35,276 nt of DNA. Source: a virus. Taxonomy: Duplodnaviria > Caudoviricetes. Location: positions 1 through 35,276 of the IMG/VR virus record IMGVR_UViG_3300020042_007483; one strand, 5' to 3'. Numbering within the stretch: position 1 is the first letter of the stretch; each line of letters starts with the position of its first letter. The notes beneath the pieces were generated by a model. The model saw only the letters and a list, made by a program, of their open reading frames with translations. It had not been told where the DNA came from and ran no database searches. Positions 18,358 to 28,400 of the stretch are shown one piece after another. The position numbers and the translations under genes were made by a program.

Positions 18358-21300
18358 ATGATGGCTGAGTTAAAGACTGATTTTAATGTTGCCCCATTTT
18401 ATGATGATTACGATGAGGATAAGCAGTATTATAGGATGCTGTTTCGTCCGGCAACTGCTGTGCAGGCAAGAGAATTAACTCAGCTCCAGACGATGATGCA
18501 GAAGCAAGTCTCTCGATTTGGAGACAGCATCTATAAAGACGGGAGCGTAGTAGAAGGTTGTAATTTTACAGAATATCCAAATATTCCTCAGATAAAATTC
18601 AAAGACAAATCTGCTACGACTCTAGATTTTAGCTTAGTGATTAAAAATAATACTGATGTAGCGAACGTACAATCACATCTCACCAATTCTTATCTCCTCG
18701 TCTCAAATACGACAGGGTTGAGGGCTGCTATCTTTGACGCTTATGTCGGGGCAGAATCTGTTGTCAATCAAGGATCTGCAGATACGAATAGAGCATATGT
18801 GATATATCTGAATTCAGGAAATAATGCTGGCCAGCAAGTATCTACTTTTAACACATCTAGCGAACAGATCGATGTGTATAATCCTAACCAAGATAAGATA
18901 GGCCCATTGGTCGCGTCAAACAGAGAAGGCATCCTCTATACGCTTTCTTCTAACAGCACAGTAAATGCTCTGGGTGTAGGATATGGCCTACATGTAGGAG
19001 AAGGAATCATATATCAGAAAGGATTCTTCCTAAAGACACTCGCTGATAATTTTGTCATAAAAGAACATTCATCTAGTGTCGCAGGACTTAGAGTCGGGTT
19101 TGATACAGCAGAATATATCGTAAAACCCGCAGAAGATAATTCTTTATACGACAATTCTATAGGAAGTTCAAATCAGAATGCGCCAGGTGCATACAGATTA
19201 AAACTGGTTCCCTCACTCGTAGTATATGATTCTGCTAATACTGAAGTTGATATCCCTAAAGATTTCTTACCCGTCATTGACTATGATGGTGGGTTCGGTG
19301 TACCTGTCACTTCAACAGTAGATGCACAATACAGCCTCATCGGTGATATGATAGCAACGAGAACTAAAGAAGAATCTGGCGATTATATCGTCCGTCCGTT
19401 TCAAGTGAGCGTTGAGAATTCAGCAAATTCACAGACGTTCTATTATAACGTATCTCCTGGCACAGCATACGTTGATGGTTACAGAATCAATTATACTACA
19501 GCACAAAAGACAGAAGTGCAAAGAGCAATATATTCTGAGTCAGTAAATAACCAAATCGTCACAGTAAATTTTGGAAATTATTTAAAAATTAGAGAAGTTG
19601 TCGGCATATTTGATATCGGTTCAATCCCAGATGTTGGAATATATAGCGCCAATCAATATGCAATCACACAGAATCCCGGCACTTCAGCAGTCCTAGGATC
19701 GTTAGTAGGAAATGCTAATGTGAGAGCTATCATGTTTAATAGCGGTACCAAAGGCACTGCTGCAGCAGAATACCTGCTTTATATTAGCAATATCAGAATG
19801 AAAGCAGGTAATAGTTTTGCTGCAAATGCTAAGAGCATACACATCGCTTCTGGAACTTATGGTAAAGTATACGCTGACATATATCAAGCAAACGGTCAAT
19901 CAGAAGTATATGAAAGTTCAAGCAAACAATTAATATTTGATACAGGATTAAAAGGTGTTAAGAATCTATTGAGCAATACAAATATTAATAGCACCTCTTA
20001 TATTTACAGAACTACTAGCGATGCTGCTACATTAACAAGAGGCTCTGGGGTAGCTACTGCAACCATTACTATACCTTCTGATAAATATAATTATAGCGGT
20101 TCTCTATTAGACAATCCTTCTGAAGATATCAATGTGATGTTTAATGCAGCTGCTTCATCTAACCTGTATTCTACGACACGATCAGTCGACCCTACTATAT
20201 ACTTAATGGCAAGTGACTCATTAGGACGAACAGTATCAAACATCGGCAACCCGGCAGTAGGTACTGCACCATGGATATCAAATTTCGGCAGCGAAAATAA
20301 TCAAAATCCTAAAGTTGGTGAAATTCTTAAACTTGTAGTTTCAGGCACCACAACATATCATCATGTCGTCAGTGTTCCATTAGCTAATACGATAGTAGTC
20401 ACACCTCGTGTTTCTGCTTCAGCATCTGTAACAGGTGCAATATATAAATTCCATCCTAAAGGTTCATATGTAAATTTTAATGGCACAGGAAATACGATAC
20501 AGTTCAACACCACAACTGATATGTCCATATCTTTAAATATGGATTTGAATCCTGACACAGCTGCAGCAGGATCAGTTGTTGCACAGACACCTATCGTCAG
20601 ATCTAGCGCTACACCAATCGGAAAAGATGTCAAAAAAGATACCCATGTCGCCATCAATTGTGCAACTCATTCTGCTACAACATTAGGTCCGTGGTCTCTA
20701 GGAATGCCTGATGTATATAAAATCTCGAGCGTCTATGTTGGAGCTTCATTTGCTAACACAAATCCAGATAGAAAAGACTGGTTTGTATTGGATAATGGGC
20801 AAACTGATGCGTATTATGGATTATCTCAATTAAAGATACTACCTAATTATCAATCACAATTAACATCTGCGAGCAGAATATTAGTTAGATTCAATCATTT
20901 CACACCAAATTCTAGTTCTACTAAAGCGATGTTTTTCTCTAAAGATTCTTATCCTATTGATGACGCTAATACAGCAAATACTACTGCAATAGCAACAGCT
21001 GAAATTCCATTATATAGATCTGCAGATGATAATTTCTATGATTTAAGAAATTATATCGACTTTAGACCTGTCATGGCTAACACAGCAAACTCATCTGCCC
21101 AGACACTTTCTACGCTGACAAATGTTACAATCAATCCTGCAAATAATCAATCAGTATATTATTCAGCGGTAGGTTCTAAAGTTGCATTGGAACCTGATTC
21201 TAACTTCACGTTCAATGTACAATATTATCTTCCTAGATCAGATGCTTTGTTGATAACTAAAGAAGGTCAGCTTATAGTAAAATCCGGCGCGCCTTCAAAT

Positions 21301-21396
21301 AATCCTAAACCACCGATACTGAATAATTCAGGATTAAAAATCGCAGACATATATGTTCCTCCTTACCCATCTCTAACATTCCAAGAAGCAGAATAA
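18358..21396 (+). CDS. VrlC-like (DUF4815-type) large virion structural protein, part 1
   Basis: FNVAPFYDDYDEDKQYYRMLFRP..AVQARELTQLQ, NAPGAYRL, RTKEESGDY, PGTAYVDGY, LDNGQTD.YY, IDFRP and YYLPR.D motifs. The start may be 18361. Confidence 0.85.
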   Translation: MMAELKTDFNVAPFYDDYDEDKQYYRMLFRPATAVQARELTQLQTMMQKQVSRFGDSIYKDGSVVEGCNFTEYPNIPQIKFKDKSATTLDFSLVIKNNTDVANVQSHLTNSYLLVSNTTGLRAAIFDAYVGAESVVNQGSADTNRAYVIYLNSGNNAGQQVSTFNTSSEQIDVYNPNQDKIGPLVASNREGILYTLSSNSTVNALGVGYGLHVGEGIIYQKGFFLKTLADNFVIKEHSSSVAGLRVGFDTAEYIVKPAEDNSLYDNSIGSSNQNAPGAYRLKLVPSLVVYDSANTEVDIPKDFLPVIDYDGGFGVPVTSTVDAQYSLIGDMIATRTKEESGDYIVRPFQVSVENSANSQTFYYNVSPGTAYVDGYRINYTTAQKTEVQRAIYSESVNNQIVTVNFGNYLKIREVVGIFDIGSIPDVGIYSANQYAITQNPGTSAVLGSLVGNANVRAIMFNSGTKGTAAAEYLLYISNIRMKAGNSFAANAKSIHIASGTYGKVYADIYQANGQSEVYESSSKQLIFDTGLKGVKNLLSNTNINSTSYIYRTTSDAATLTRGSGVATATITIPSDKYNYSGSLLDNPSEDINVMFNAAASSNLYSTTRSVDPTIYLMASDSLGRTVSNIGNPAVGTAPWISNFGSENNQNPKVGEILKLVVSGTTTYHHVVSVPLANTIVVTPRVSASASVTGAIYKFHPKGSYVNFNGTGNTIQFNTTTDMSISLNMDLNPDTAAAGSVVAQTPIVRSSATPIGKDVKKDTHVAINCATHSATTLGPWSLGMPDVYKISSVYVGASFANTNPDRKDWFVLDNGQTDAYYGLSQLKILPNYQSQLTSASRILVRFNHFTPNSSSTKAMFFSKDSYPIDDANTANTTAIATAEIPLYRSADDNFYDLRNYIDFRPVMANTANSSAQTLSTLTNVTINPANNQSVYYSAVGSKVALEPDSNFTFNVQYYLPRSDALLITKEGQLIVKSGAPSNNPKPPILNNSGLKIADIYVPPYPSLTFQEAE

Positions 21397-21397
21397 C

Positions 21398-23203
21398 ATG
21401 ACATATAACAGAAGAGATTTGGCAGTAAAAGTCGGCATTAATGTTGTCAAAGGTTATACTATGAAAGAGATAAGCGCTCTTGAAGATAGGATCAAGAGCT
21501 TAGAATATTATACTGTCCTGAACATGTTAGCTTTAGATTCAAAATCATTATCAATCAAAAACGATGAAGGATTTGAACGCTTTAAACAAGGGATATTTGC
21601 AGATCCTTTCAATGATGACACTATCGCAAAGACAAACGATATTGAATTTAATATGGCTATCAGTTCAGGTCTATCTATTGCCAGGCCAAACTTCAATGAA
21701 GCATTCATAAGATTTGATATTGATTCTGCTACTTCTACTGGAATCACAGTAAAAGGTTCTTTTGCAATGTTAAATTATACCCATGAAAACATAGGTGGGA
21801 ATGAATTTGCTACAAAATATAGGAATTGTGCAGAATCATTCTATAGTTTTCAAGGTGCTGTAAGACTTTATCCAGAATTTGATAATCAAAATCAAGATGT
21901 AAGAAAAGCAACACAGACTATCGAAATCGATCTAGCAAAAGGTTTTGAGGATGCAGCAAAAGCAGGTGCATTCAAAGATATCGACACGATACAAGGTAAT
22001 CCTACATCGAAAAAGACAGGTAATAAGACCACATATACTTCAAACACGACACAGACAATAACAGATATCAAAGTGACTTCAACGACCAAGACACAAGATT
22101 TAGGTGATGTTGTCAGAGACGTTACTACGCTTCCGTATATGGTGGCTAGACCAATCGGGTTCGTAGCGACCGGATTGAAACCTAATACTAGAGTATATCC
22201 GTTTTTTGATAAGATATCAGTCGCATCATATTGTGCTCCTGGAACTTTAAATACTGCTTATACATCATCTGGCGAAGCTAAATCTGTTGCTGATGCGAGC
22301 ACCGCTGTAATAAAAAAGGGGGCAAACGGCGATGCATTAATAACTAGTAATGTAGGTTTCGTTGCAGGATTATTTTATCTTCCTGCGGATACTTTCAGAT
22401 CAGGTGAAAGAGTATTCACTCTAATCGATACTACTGATATTACAGCCGTAGATGCGATATTGACTAGCGCAGAAGGAAGATATACGGCATCTGGACTTTC
22501 TGTTACAAAACAAGATGTCAAATTCCAAGTAGAAGAACCTATATTTACGCCGGTTACTACTACACAGACTTTGCCTCCACTAGTATGGAGCTACACTGAT
22601 CCGCCACCTCCGCCGGCGAGCAATCCAAGAAATGAGGGGACAGGTGGGGGTACAGGTAATGCTGCAGGAGGCAAGTCAGATTGTCCGACTTATACGATTG
22701 GCGGCGATGGGTCAACATACACATCTCCAGGAGGTTTCTGTCATGCTCCGTGGGCAAAGATTACTATGGCTGATGGATCGCTAAAAGAAATTCAGCATAT
22801 TCAAATAGGTGATCAAGTTAGAGGCATCAATTCTATTAATATTGTAATTTCAGTATCAGGAAGGAATTTAGATTCTAGATTGATATCATTCAATAATTCA
22901 GGTTATTTTGTGACTGAAACACATCCTCTTCTTACAGAAAATGGATGGGGTGCTTTCAATCCTGATCTATATAAACAAGTGAGATTGCAAGAGTATAATA
23001 AAGTCAAAGCAGACAACAATGATATTGATTTGATTGCTATAAATGAAAACACTAATATTGGATATTTAAATGGCGATGATGTCGTATATGTTCCTGTAAC
23101 AAACATCGAATTTAAATCTATAGAGAATTATACTGTTTATGTGTTGTCTGTGACTGGAGATAATACGTATTTCGCTGAAAATTATGTAGCACACAATAAA
23201 TAA
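21398..23203 (+). CDS. VrlC-like protein part 2 with a C-terminal Hint domain
   Basis: YTMKEISALEDRIKSLEYYT.L, RFKQGIFADPF, GLKPNTRVYPFFD and FRSGERVFTL; then a Pro/Gly linker and a Hint domain from C448 to HNK-stop. Confidence 0.85.
   Translation: MTYNRRDLAVKVGINVVKGYTMKEISALEDRIKSLEYYTVLNMLALDSKSLSIKNDEGFERFKQGIFADPFNDDTIAKTNDIEFNMAISSGLSIARPNFNEAFIRFDIDSATSTGITVKGSFAMLNYTHENIGGNEFATKYRNCAESFYSFQGAVRLYPEFDNQNQDVRKATQTIEIDLAKGFEDAAKAGAFKDIDTIQGNPTSKKTGNKTTYTSNTTQTITDIKVTSTTKTQDLGDVVRDVTTLPYMVARPIGFVATGLKPNTRVYPFFDKISVASYCAPGTLNTAYTSSGEAKSVADASTAVIKKGANGDALITSNVGFVAGLFYLPADTFRSGERVFTLIDTTDITAVDAILTSAEGRYTASGLSVTKQDVKFQVEEPIFTPVTTTQTLPPLVWSYTDPPPPPASNPRNEGTGGGTGNAAGGKSDCPTYTIGGDGSTYTSPGGFCHAPWAKITMADGSLKEIQHIQIGDQVRGINSINIVISVSGRNLDSRLISFNNSGYFVTETHPLLTENGWGAFNPDLYKQVRLQEYNKVKADNNDIDLIAINENTNIGYLNGDDVVYVPVTNIEFKSIENYTVYVLSVTGDNTYFAENYVAHNK
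22739..23203 (+). other. Hint (intein-like autoprocessing) domain coding segment, ~153 aa, no endonuclease
   Basis: Block A CHAPWAKITMADGSLKEIQHIQIGDQV; block B VTETHP (TxxH); blocks F/G VYVLSVTGDNTYFAENYVAHN; followed only by Lys and a stop. Confidence 0.88.
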
Positions 23204-23215
23204 GAAAGAAAACTG

Positions 23216-24952
23216 ATGAATTTATCCGGAAATCCTATAGCACAGACTTTTACTATAACAGGTACTCAAGCAGCTGGGTTGCCAGGAATATATTTAACAA
23301 AAATAGGTGTATTCTTTAAAAAGAAAAGTGCTACTTATGCTGCTATGTGTTATATATGTGAAACTACTAATGGTGTTCCTGATGTCTCCAAAATAGTCGG
23401 TGGCGCATTCTTATTACCTGCAACTGTAAACATTAGCGAAGATTCTTCTGCAGAAACTCTGTTTGAATTTACACCTCCGGTTATGTTATCGGCAGATAAA
23501 GAATATGCTTTTTATGTTTATCCTGATGGTAATAGCCCAGATTATGAAATGTGGGTATCAGAAGTCGGCGGAACTGATAAGTTAACAAATAAAGCTGTCA
23601 CGTCACAGCCTTATCCAGGTGTTCTCTATGTATCTTCAAATGGAAGGTCGTGGGTTCCGACTTTAACACAAGACATTAAATTTAATCTGTACAGAGCAAA
23701 ATTTACTACAAATAACGGCAAATTGGTCATGCGAAATGCCAAAGATGAATTTTTATCTTTAAATTTAGAAGGAGCAACAGGAGGCATTTTTAGGAAAACT
23801 TCTGGCGTTCCGATACAAGTCGGCGATATCGTATACGCTGCTAATGCTACAAATCTAACTTCTATCTTGACTACAAATAATACAATATATCCTCTAGCAT
23901 ACGTAAAATCTGTAGATGAAGTCGCAGGTATTCTTTTCTTAGAAAATTCTAACGGCAGATTCACCAATGGTACAAACGGCTCAACGACTGGAGATTATAG
24001 AAATCTAAGAATATATAGGACTCCAGACCCTGCTAATACACAATATATCACTGAAACTTATAGGGTTGCTAATGCGACCATATCAACGATAGATGATATT
24101 AAATATCACGGGTTTGTTCCTAAATTTAAGATGGTAGAACCTACAGGATCATATATCTCAACAGAATATTACGGCACGAGCAATACTACCGTAACAGCGA
24201 CTACACCAAACACAAAAGACGGAACGGCGACTATTCCTGATAACGAGTCTCTCCGTGAATACAGAGACTTTGAGAGGACTGTTAAGAGCTATTCTAATGA
24301 AGTCAGGTTAGGTACGTTTGGGACTAAGGGTACTGCTACTTATGAGATTAACATGGTGTCATATAGCCCGTATGTTTCTCCGGTGGTCAGTTTTAAAGCA
24401 AGGACATTTAATTATATCGAAAATATAATTAACAATGATGATACTAATGAATGGACTAAATTTGGAAAATCAAAATCAAAATATATTTCTAAGACAGTTA
24501 TTTTAGATAATCCTGCAGAAGATCTTGTTGTTTATGTGACGGGATATAGACCAAAAGGCACAAATATTAAAGCGTATGTTAAATTCTTTAATGCTGATTC
24601 TGATCCTAGCAATTTTGATGCTAAAGTGTGGACTGAATTGTCATATCTCAATGATGGCGAGTTGATTTTTAGTTCTCCTAATAACTTAGAAGATTATAAA
24701 GAATATACATTCGGTCCTCCAAAAGCAAATGCTCGTCCTTCAGGAACTGCTAATAACACTTTATATGGATATTCGGACACAATTGGAGATGTTGCTAAAG
24801 ACATTCCTGCAGGGACATTGACATACTATGATGAATCCGATGCAATATATAGAGGATTTAATATGTTCGGCATAAAGCTTGTATTGTTGTCAGATGAGGG
24901 CGCTAAATATCCGACAATGAGAGACGTAAGAGCAATAGCATTACAGATGTGA
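23216..24952 (+). CDS. VrlC-like protein part 3
   Basis: NPIAQTF...GIYLTKIGVFF, GVLYVSSNG.SW....QDIKFNLYRAKF, SPVV, KYISK.V.L and F.IKLVL...P...D.RAIAL match the C-terminal part of such proteins. Confidence 0.8.
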   Translation: MNLSGNPIAQTFTITGTQAAGLPGIYLTKIGVFFKKKSATYAAMCYICETTNGVPDVSKIVGGAFLLPATVNISEDSSAETLFEFTPPVMLSADKEYAFYVYPDGNSPDYEMWVSEVGGTDKLTNKAVTSQPYPGVLYVSSNGRSWVPTLTQDIKFNLYRAKFTTNNGKLVMRNAKDEFLSLNLEGATGGIFRKTSGVPIQVGDIVYAANATNLTSILTTNNTIYPLAYVKSVDEVAGILFLENSNGRFTNGTNGSTTGDYRNLRIYRTPDPANTQYITETYRVANATISTIDDIKYHGFVPKFKMVEPTGSYISTEYYGTSNTTVTATTPNTKDGTATIPDNESLREYRDFERTVKSYSNEVRLGTFGTKGTATYEINMVSYSPYVSPVVSFKARTFNYIENIINNDDTNEWTKFGKSKSKYISKTVILDNPAEDLVVYVTGYRPKGTNIKAYVKFFNADSDPSNFDAKVWTELSYLNDGELIFSSPNNLEDYKEYTFGPPKANARPSGTANNTLYGYSDTIGDVAKDIPAGTLTYYDESDAIYRGFNMFGIKLVLLSDEGAKYPTMRDVRAIALQM

Positions 24953-24959
24953 GAATATT

Positions 24960-25184
24960 ATGAAAAATGATGATTTTGCAATACAAAAAGGAAATCCGGG
25001 TGCAATATTGAATAAAGATCTAGAAGGCCTTCGAGCATATAAAGAAAAAAGAAAGCAGCATCAAGAAACTAAAGAAAAGTTTGATGAAGTAATCGCTTTA
25101 AAAGAAGATGTAAATTCTATGAAAAATGATCTGAGTGATTTGAAAAATTTATTATTGAAAGTTCTAGAAAATGATAAAAGATGA
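24960..25184 (+). CDS. Small coiled-coil phage protein (74 aa)
   Basis: GAILN.D....AYK..R followed by a heptad repeat; a gene of this type commonly follows VrlC-like genes. Confidence 0.75.
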   Translation: MKNDDFAIQKGNPGAILNKDLEGLRAYKEKRKQHQETKEKFDEVIALKEDVNSMKNDLSDLKNLLLKVLENDKR

Positions 25185-26061
25185 GAGTAAGATAGAAGCT
25201 ATCACCCAAGGCCTTTTCGGCATTCCTATATATAAGATGCAATTCAAACACCATCATGTATTAAAACCTCAATGGTTAGAATACATGTCAGATAAAGAAA
25301 ATTTCAGAAGACATACAACAAATAATAGGTTATATTTTACTAGCGCAGAATTACATAAAGAACCCATCTTTAGTCCTTTAAAAGATTTTTTTCAAAAGAG
25401 TCTAGAATATGTGATGGACGATCTAGGATACATGCCTAATATAGGCATGACGGGAATGTGGGGAACAGTTCATCCAGAAGGCGGGTATCATCATAGACAT
25501 ACTCACAATAACTCATTTTTAGCAGGCATATATTATCTTGATGGTAATGAAAAATCATCCGGGACTACTTTTTACAGCCATGATCATTATCATACCATAA
25601 TTGTTCCTGCTAGAAATGTGAATAAACTTTCAAAATTCCAGATGAATTATACGAATCCTTTTGAAGAAGGATCTTTAATCATCTTTCCTTCTTGGTTGGA
25701 ACATTCAACATCATCTAACAACCTTAAATATACTGAAAAATACAGGAAGATAATATCATTCAATGCTATGCCTCTGGGTATGACTAACACAGATCCTTTC
25801 GATAGATATAACTATCAAGATGTATCGAATGCACCTCTCGTTAAAGACGTCACAGAATTATATAGGTATGATAAAGACAAACCATCAGATATGAATATAG
25901 ATAATTTAAATTATTTTAATCAAAACATCGACTCAAGTGATATTATCGGAAATCAACAGGATAAAAATGAAATAAATACATTGAGAGAAGAAGTCGGATC
26001 GTTAAAAAGCGAATTGATGGATTTAAAAGATCTTCTAATAAAGGCATCGGAAACTAAATGA
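25171..26061 (+). CDS. Putative 2OG-Fe(II) oxygenase (TIGR02466-like) with a C-terminal coiled-coil extension
   Basis: LFGIPIY, MWG...GGYH..HTHNNSFLAGIYYL, EGSLIIFPSWLEH and RKIISFN motifs. Confidence 0.85.
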   Translation: MIKDESKIEAITQGLFGIPIYKMQFKHHHVLKPQWLEYMSDKENFRRHTTNNRLYFTSAELHKEPIFSPLKDFFQKSLEYVMDDLGYMPNIGMTGMWGTVHPEGGYHHRHTHNNSFLAGIYYLDGNEKSSGTTFYSHDHYHTIIVPARNVNKLSKFQMNYTNPFEEGSLIIFPSWLEHSTSSNNLKYTEKYRKIISFNAMPLGMTNTDPFDRYNYQDVSNAPLVKDVTELYRYDKDKPSDMNIDNLNYFNQNIDSSDIIGNQQDKNEINTLREEVGSLKSELMDLKDLLIKASETK

Positions 26062-27881
26062 CAGCTCTAATTGCTAACGTAGTTCAATCTACAGATTCTT
26101 TTGGCCAATGGTTAGCGAAAACTAATCAGATCATAACTGTAATCTCAAATACAGCGGTCACTACTAACTCAAATACTGCTGTTGGCAATGCAGCTATCAC
26201 AGGTACATTTAGCGCAAATGTAGTGTCATTAGCGAATACAGGATTTCTTAGGATCAGTTCAGGATCTTCTAATTCTATTATAAATGCGTCTTCTATATTA
26301 ATACAATCATCTTCGACTACTAATACTGTGATAACAGATACGGGTGTATATGTCAGCGGAACTGCGTTTTATACAGATGTCGTGATGTCTCTAGGAAATT
26401 CGGTCATCAGAAGCAGCAATATCACTAGTGATTCTTTGGTGTTAAAAAACACTTTGAGATTGGGAAACACATACCTCTCGACTATGAATGCTAATACAAA
26501 TAATCTGTTTGCAATCGATACGATAAGAGCGGGTGATGTAGAAGCAAACGTCTATATCGATAGGAATGGCTTACAGATACGTCAGAATCCTACTGCTGAG
26601 TCCGGATTTGCTAACGCAAAGATGACGGTTGACACGCTGTGGATCAAGAACATCAATGCAAACACGCTGACCGTAGGTACTATCAATTATACTGCAGCAG
26701 CAAGCATAGAATTTCCGGGGAATACACATTTCCTAGGTCAGAATAATTATTTCAGATACGGATTAACGTCTAATGCAAACATAGAACTGATCAATGGTAG
26801 GATTGGAATTGGGACTACAGATCCTTCTGCACCTTTACATATAACAAGCACCGGTGCTAGTACTGGAATATTAGTAGAATCTACCGAATCTGGTGCTTCT
26901 ACTGGACCTGATATTGTGTTTCGTAGAAGCAGCGCATCCCCTGCAGCTGGAGATAACCTAGCAGGAATCTATTGGCAAGGAAGAAATACCACCGCAACTA
27001 ATTTAAATTATGCTTCACTTATTTCAGAAATAGCATCTCCTACGGCTGGAGCAGAAGGCACCAATGTCTTTTTGACACAAAAAGTAGCCGGTGCTGACAC
27101 TACGACATTATATATTAAAAGCGATGGAAAAGTAGGTCTAGGAACATCGACACCTGTTAGTAAGTTGCAAGTTACGACATCCGGTGTTGCTGCGGTTCCG
27201 GCGACATCTGGGACTACACCGTCAACTGGTGAACTTATACGTTTGAGAACGAGCAGTGACGCTGCAGGTGGCATCGGAACTATCGGTCTTGCTACCAATC
27301 AAATGTGGATACAGGCTACGGATGCTACAAATTTAGCCACAGGATATTCATTACTCCTAAACCCAAATGGCGGCAATGTCGGTCTCGGGACGACTGCACC
27401 ATCACAAAAACTGCATGTTGTTGGGGGTGCTTTAATAACAGGTACTACAACTATAGGTGGTGCTGCATCTGTAACCGGTGCACTAACTGTAGGTACCACT
27501 GCAACTATAACCGGTGCGATAACTGCAGGTGGCAATATCACGGCGAATGGTAATATCACGGCGTTCTCATCATCGGATGAAAGATTGAAAGAAAATGTCG
27601 TTAATATCTCTAACCCATTAGAGAAATTAGCATTGCTTAATGGCGTCACTTTTGATTGGAAAGATTCGTATATCGAATCTCAGGGTGGGTTGGATGCTAT
27701 GTTTGTTCGTAAGAATGATGTGGGCATCATCGCACAAGATCTTGAGAAAGTATTGCCACAGCTTGTGGCAGAACGAGATGACGGATACAAAGCAGTCAAG
27801 TATGATAGGATCGTTGCTCTTCTGATCGAAGCAGTAAAAGAACTCAAAGCAGAAGTAGATAGCTTAAAAAATGGCAATTAA
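26058..27881 (+). CDS. Tail fibre with a C-terminal Peptidase S74 intramolecular chaperone
   Basis: N-terminal DSFGQW..KTN; three G.VG[IL]GT..P...L.[IV] repeats; SDERLKEN...LNGVTFDW...GIIAQD...YDRIVALLIEAVKEL. Confidence 0.9.
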   Translation: MTALIANVVQSTDSFGQWLAKTNQIITVISNTAVTTNSNTAVGNAAITGTFSANVVSLANTGFLRISSGSSNSIINASSILIQSSSTTNTVITDTGVYVSGTAFYTDVVMSLGNSVIRSSNITSDSLVLKNTLRLGNTYLSTMNANTNNLFAIDTIRAGDVEANVYIDRNGLQIRQNPTAESGFANAKMTVDTLWIKNINANTLTVGTINYTAAASIEFPGNTHFLGQNNYFRYGLTSNANIELINGRIGIGTTDPSAPLHITSTGASTGILVESTESGASTGPDIVFRRSSASPAAGDNLAGIYWQGRNTTATNLNYASLISEIASPTAGAEGTNVFLTQKVAGADTTTLYIKSDGKVGLGTSTPVSKLQVTTSGVAAVPATSGTTPSTGELIRLRTSSDAAGGIGTIGLATNQMWIQATDATNLATGYSLLLNPNGGNVGLGTTAPSQKLHVVGGALITGTTTIGGAASVTGALTVGTTATITGAITAGGNITANGNITAFSSSDERLKENVVNISNPLEKLALLNGVTFDWKDSYIESQGGLDAMFVRKNDVGIIAQDLEKVLPQLVAERDDGYKAVKYDRIVALLIEAVKELKAEVDSLKNGN

Positions 27882-28197
27882 AACAAACATAACTGTAGAT
27901 CAGGGTGCTAACTTTGCCTATAATGTATATCTTGTCGATGTAGATGGCAATCCGTTTGATCTGACAGGATATACTGCTAATTCTCAGATAAGAAAGACGT
28001 ATACGTCTACGACTTTCAATACGATAAACACCACAGTTAATGCAGCTGCAGGATCGATCACATTGACAATGAATTCTGTCATCACAGCAAACCTATCATC
28101 AACAAGATATGTCTATGATCTGGAACTATTTTCTAGCAACGTTACATCCAGGATAATAGAAGGTTTTGTCACAGTGAATCCTGGAGTCACTCGCTGA
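27871..28197 (+). CDS. Conserved small virion protein of T4-like phages
   Basis: NITVDQGA.F...DLTGYTA.SQIRK...G.ITL....TA.L...RYVYD.E...VT.RI.EG.VTV.PGVT pattern. Confidence 0.8.
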   Translation: MAIKTNITVDQGANFAYNVYLVDVDGNPFDLTGYTANSQIRKTYTSTTFNTINTTVNAAAGSITLTMNSVITANLSSTRYVYDLELFSSNVTSRIIEGFVTVNPGVTR

Positions 28198-28400
28198 TGC
28201 GTGACTCTAAGATAACCGTATCGAAGTTCAATAACATACTGGTGACGACTGGCAGGTATGCACCGCTACAGACGACTATCATCGTTAAATTGATCAATCA
28301 GACTATAGAACCCATATCAGTCCTAAAACAGGAAGCGACTGATATGTTAGGCACGCTTCCTGCTGTTCCTAGAGATGCGCCAGTAGTCCCTGTCTACTGA
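28197..28400 (+). CDS. Hypothetical protein (67 aa)
   Basis: TGATG coupling to the upstream gene; its stop overlaps the convergent glycosyltransferase stop by 7 nt. Confidence 0.55.
   Translation: MRDSKITVSKFNNILVTTGRYAPLQTTIIVKLINQTIEPISVLKQEATDMLGTLPAVPRDAPVVPVY

Noticed and set aside
22739-23203. Mobile homing-endonuclease intein
   Set aside because: It is only ~153 aa, has no LAGLIDADG or HNH motifs, and lacks a +1 nucleophile and C-extein.
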